From Isurus oxyrinchus (taxonomy: Eukaryota), in the NCBI GenBank assembly GCA_026770705.1, contig JANJGN010000026.1:36084001-36148000 (forward strand): DNA of 64,000 nucleotides, in the 5' to 3' direction. Every line of letters begins with the position of its first letter. The first letter of the stretch is position 1. Both the position numbers and the translations under genes were made by a program. Below, in pieces: positions 61,500 to 64,000 of the stretch. The notes beneath the pieces are model-generated. The model ran no database searches and was not told the origin of the DNA. It saw only the letters and a program-made list of their open reading frames with translations.

Positions 61500-61945
61500 C
61501 TTTATCCTTTCATGAGATGTGGGTGTCGCTGGCAAGGCCGCCTCGAACAGCCCGGCTTCCGAGGCCAATTCAGAGGGCAGTTAAGTCACATTGCTGTGGA
61601 CCTGGAATCACATGTCGGCCAGGCCGGATAAAGATGGCAGATTTCCTTCACTAAAGGATATTAGTGCAGCAGATGGGGTTTTTACAACAATCGGTGATAG
61701 TTCCCATGGTCACCAATACCGAGGCCAGCTTTCAATCCCAGATTTTATGAACTGAATTCAATCCCAGCAGCTGCCATGTTGGGATATGAACCCGTACCGC
61801 CAGAGCATTCGCCTGGACTCTCTCTACCTTGTCCAATTAAACACTCACAAGGCAGAGACGTCACAGTCCATCTTCTCAAGGCAATTAGGGATGTGCAATA
61901 AATGCTGGCCCAGACAGCCACGCCCACATCGCATAAATGAATAAC
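61500..61945. mobile_element. SINE (- strand) plus an opposite tail fragment
   Basis: Reverse complement of the 37200 SINE at 61500-61820. Forward tail gcaattagggatgtgcaataaatgctggcc at 61880-61940. Confidence 0.7.
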
Positions 61946-62149
61946 AAAAAGTTCACATATAATACAGAAGAAACAGCTGACACAAACCCAAGAATGACTC
62001 CCAGAAGCTGGGGCCGCTCTGACAAAGACACATTATCGAGCAGTAATCCTGCAAATTATTGCCACAGTTTGGGGTTTATCAAGATCACCAGTGAGTACAA
62101 ATCGTGGAAATTCTCAGAACCTGCGGCCTCCCTGATGCAACAAACAAAA

Positions 62150-62340
62150 GATCTCACTCAACATCACCACAGGGATCCTCTCTCGCTTCTCCCTTCTCTC
62201 TGATATCATCCTCCTGAACTCACTGAACATCACTCCAGGGATCTTCTCTCCCTGCTCCATTCCGGCTGATACCATCCCCCTGAACTCACTGAACAGCACC
62301 CTGGGGATCTTCTCTCCCTGCTCCATTTCCTCTGATACCA
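62150..62340. repeat. ~61-bp repeat, 3 copies
   Basis: ctcactgaacatcac...gggatcttctctccctgctccatt...tgatacc units. Confidence 0.75.
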
Positions 62341-63039
62341 GCTCTGATGTGAAGCTTCAACTCTCACTCCACTGATTCGCCACTGCGGTTTCAGTTTTTA
62401 ACCAATAATATAAACTCTCTGTTTAAGCAGTGTGGACATGAGCAAAGAACCCTCATTCCCACACAAGGCCGCGGCGGTGAATGTGCTGAATCCTGTCCAC
62501 TCGGACACCAGGGGCGTTATCACTGTGCTTTAATCAACCAGAAATTGAACGCGAGTCCCGGCAGTAGAAGTTCCGAACCCTAGCCATGAGGCCGGCAGGG
62601 GGGTTACCCCTGCAGTTTGATAAACAATACTTTTGCCTTTTTTTTTTCATTTTAAACCACTTTCTCCAGAGGCAAAATGACCTATTCAGCCAATTAAAAC
62701 AACCATCGCCATTGGCTAGAACATGAAATTGACAGATTGGTGAAATAGTACCAAAAGCTGTGAAATGCAAAATTCAATTTCCAAAACCCACCAATCAAAT
62801 CACTGCGGTTCCCGCAAACATTTTAACGCAGCACACGGCAGATATTCATGACGGAAAATAATTGACCAACATAAAATTCTTCCACTTTCATGTCATATTT
62901 TTTAATTCCTAATCTCCAACTCAGACATTTCCCGTTCTATTTAATACCGACGTGGAGTTTTAACTCTGTTTCTTGTTCCGCTGATTATGGCCGGCTTGGG
63001 CTTGCTATGCATTTCATGTTTTGATAAAGCCAGGAATTG

Positions 63040-63930
63040 GTGTTCTAATAAAAACAGGGGGTGCTGAAGTTCACAGCAGGCCTGGCAGTATCTGTAGAGA
63101 CAGAAACAGAGTTAACTTTTCCGGACAATATGATGTCTTCAGAACTGAAGGGAGGTAGAAATGTGATGGGTTTTATGCTGCTGCCGAGGGTGGGTGGAGC
63201 AGATGGAGCAAAATAGGTCAGGGATAAGTTGGAGGTCAGGAGGGATTCAGTGACAAAGATGTCACGGAACACAAGTCAAGGGAAATGTTTATGATATCAT
63301 TAAAGACTAAAGCATGTGTTAATATTTAAACAAAGGTCAGCACTGACTGGAAGCAAAATAGCAGAATGTGTTAATAGCAGAAAAAGGGTCAGCGCTGACT
63401 GAAATCAAAACATGAGAACAAGATGCAGACTGGAACTTGGGGGGTTGGGGGCTGCAGGGAAATTAAAATGGAGGATATAGTTCATAATGTGAACTTATTG
63501 ACCTCGATGTTGAGTCCAGAAGGCTGTAGAGTGCCTTATGAGAAGATAAGGTGCTGTTCTTCAGTTTGTGTTGGGCTTCACTGGAACATTGTAGAAGGCC
63601 CAGGACAGAAATGTGAGCATGAGAGCAAAATGGTGAATTGAAATGGCAAGCGACAGGCAGGCCTGAGTCATGCTTATCGACAAGTTTGGCAAAACGGGCA
63701 GTCGGTCTGTGTTTAGTCTCCCCAGTGTGGAGGAGACCACATTGTGAGCGGTGAATACAACAGCCTGAATTGCAAGAAGTGCAAATAAATCTCTGCTTCA
63801 CCTGGAAGGAGTGTTTGGGGCCTTGGAAGGTGAGAAGGGAGGAGGTAAAGGAGCAGGTTTTGCTCCTCCTGCGATTGTATGGGAAGGTGCCATGGGAAGG
63901 GGATGAGATTTTAGGGGTGATAGACTTTTT
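63040..63930 (-). mobile_element. Penelope-like element remnant
   Basis: FICTSCNSGCCIHRSQCGLLHTGETKHR...VACHFN, a decayed GIY-YIG. Terminal region at 63045-63150. Confidence 0.85.
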
Positions 63931-64000
63931 CAAATCAGTAATTGATTTCTGGTTGTGATATTGTTACAGAACAGTGAGACCGGAGATCAAACCTGGGTGA

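Overview
Eukaryotic genomic DNA, almost certainly from a cartilaginous fish (shark), judged from the cluster-type IgH gene and the repeat families. The right 25 kb holds one complete, apparently functional IgM heavy-chain cluster on the + strand: leader, VH, D1, D2, JH, a 13.3-kb intron, Cmu1-Cmu4 with secretory tailpiece, TM1 and TM2. Its recombination signals read V23 / 12-D1-22 / 12-D2-23 / 12-J. That is the TCR delta/beta spacer logic, not the usual shark IgM pattern (12-D2-12 / 22-23-J). The left 6.4 kb holds six decayed TCR alpha/delta-like V genes in a mirror-image arrangement (three on the - strand, three on the +), about 33 kb upstream of the VH. Between them are non-LTR retrotransposons, Penelope-like elements with hammerhead-ribozyme-type motifs, SINEs and an ~8.6-kb 54-bp satellite containing a recent inverted duplication. 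The JH-Cmu intron contains a ~3.4-kb strand-biased G-rich repeat resembling a switch region. There is one assembly gap (46813-47021). Most ORFs in the supplied track are repeat artefacts. Repeat boundaries are approximate and family assignments were made by eye, without database searches.
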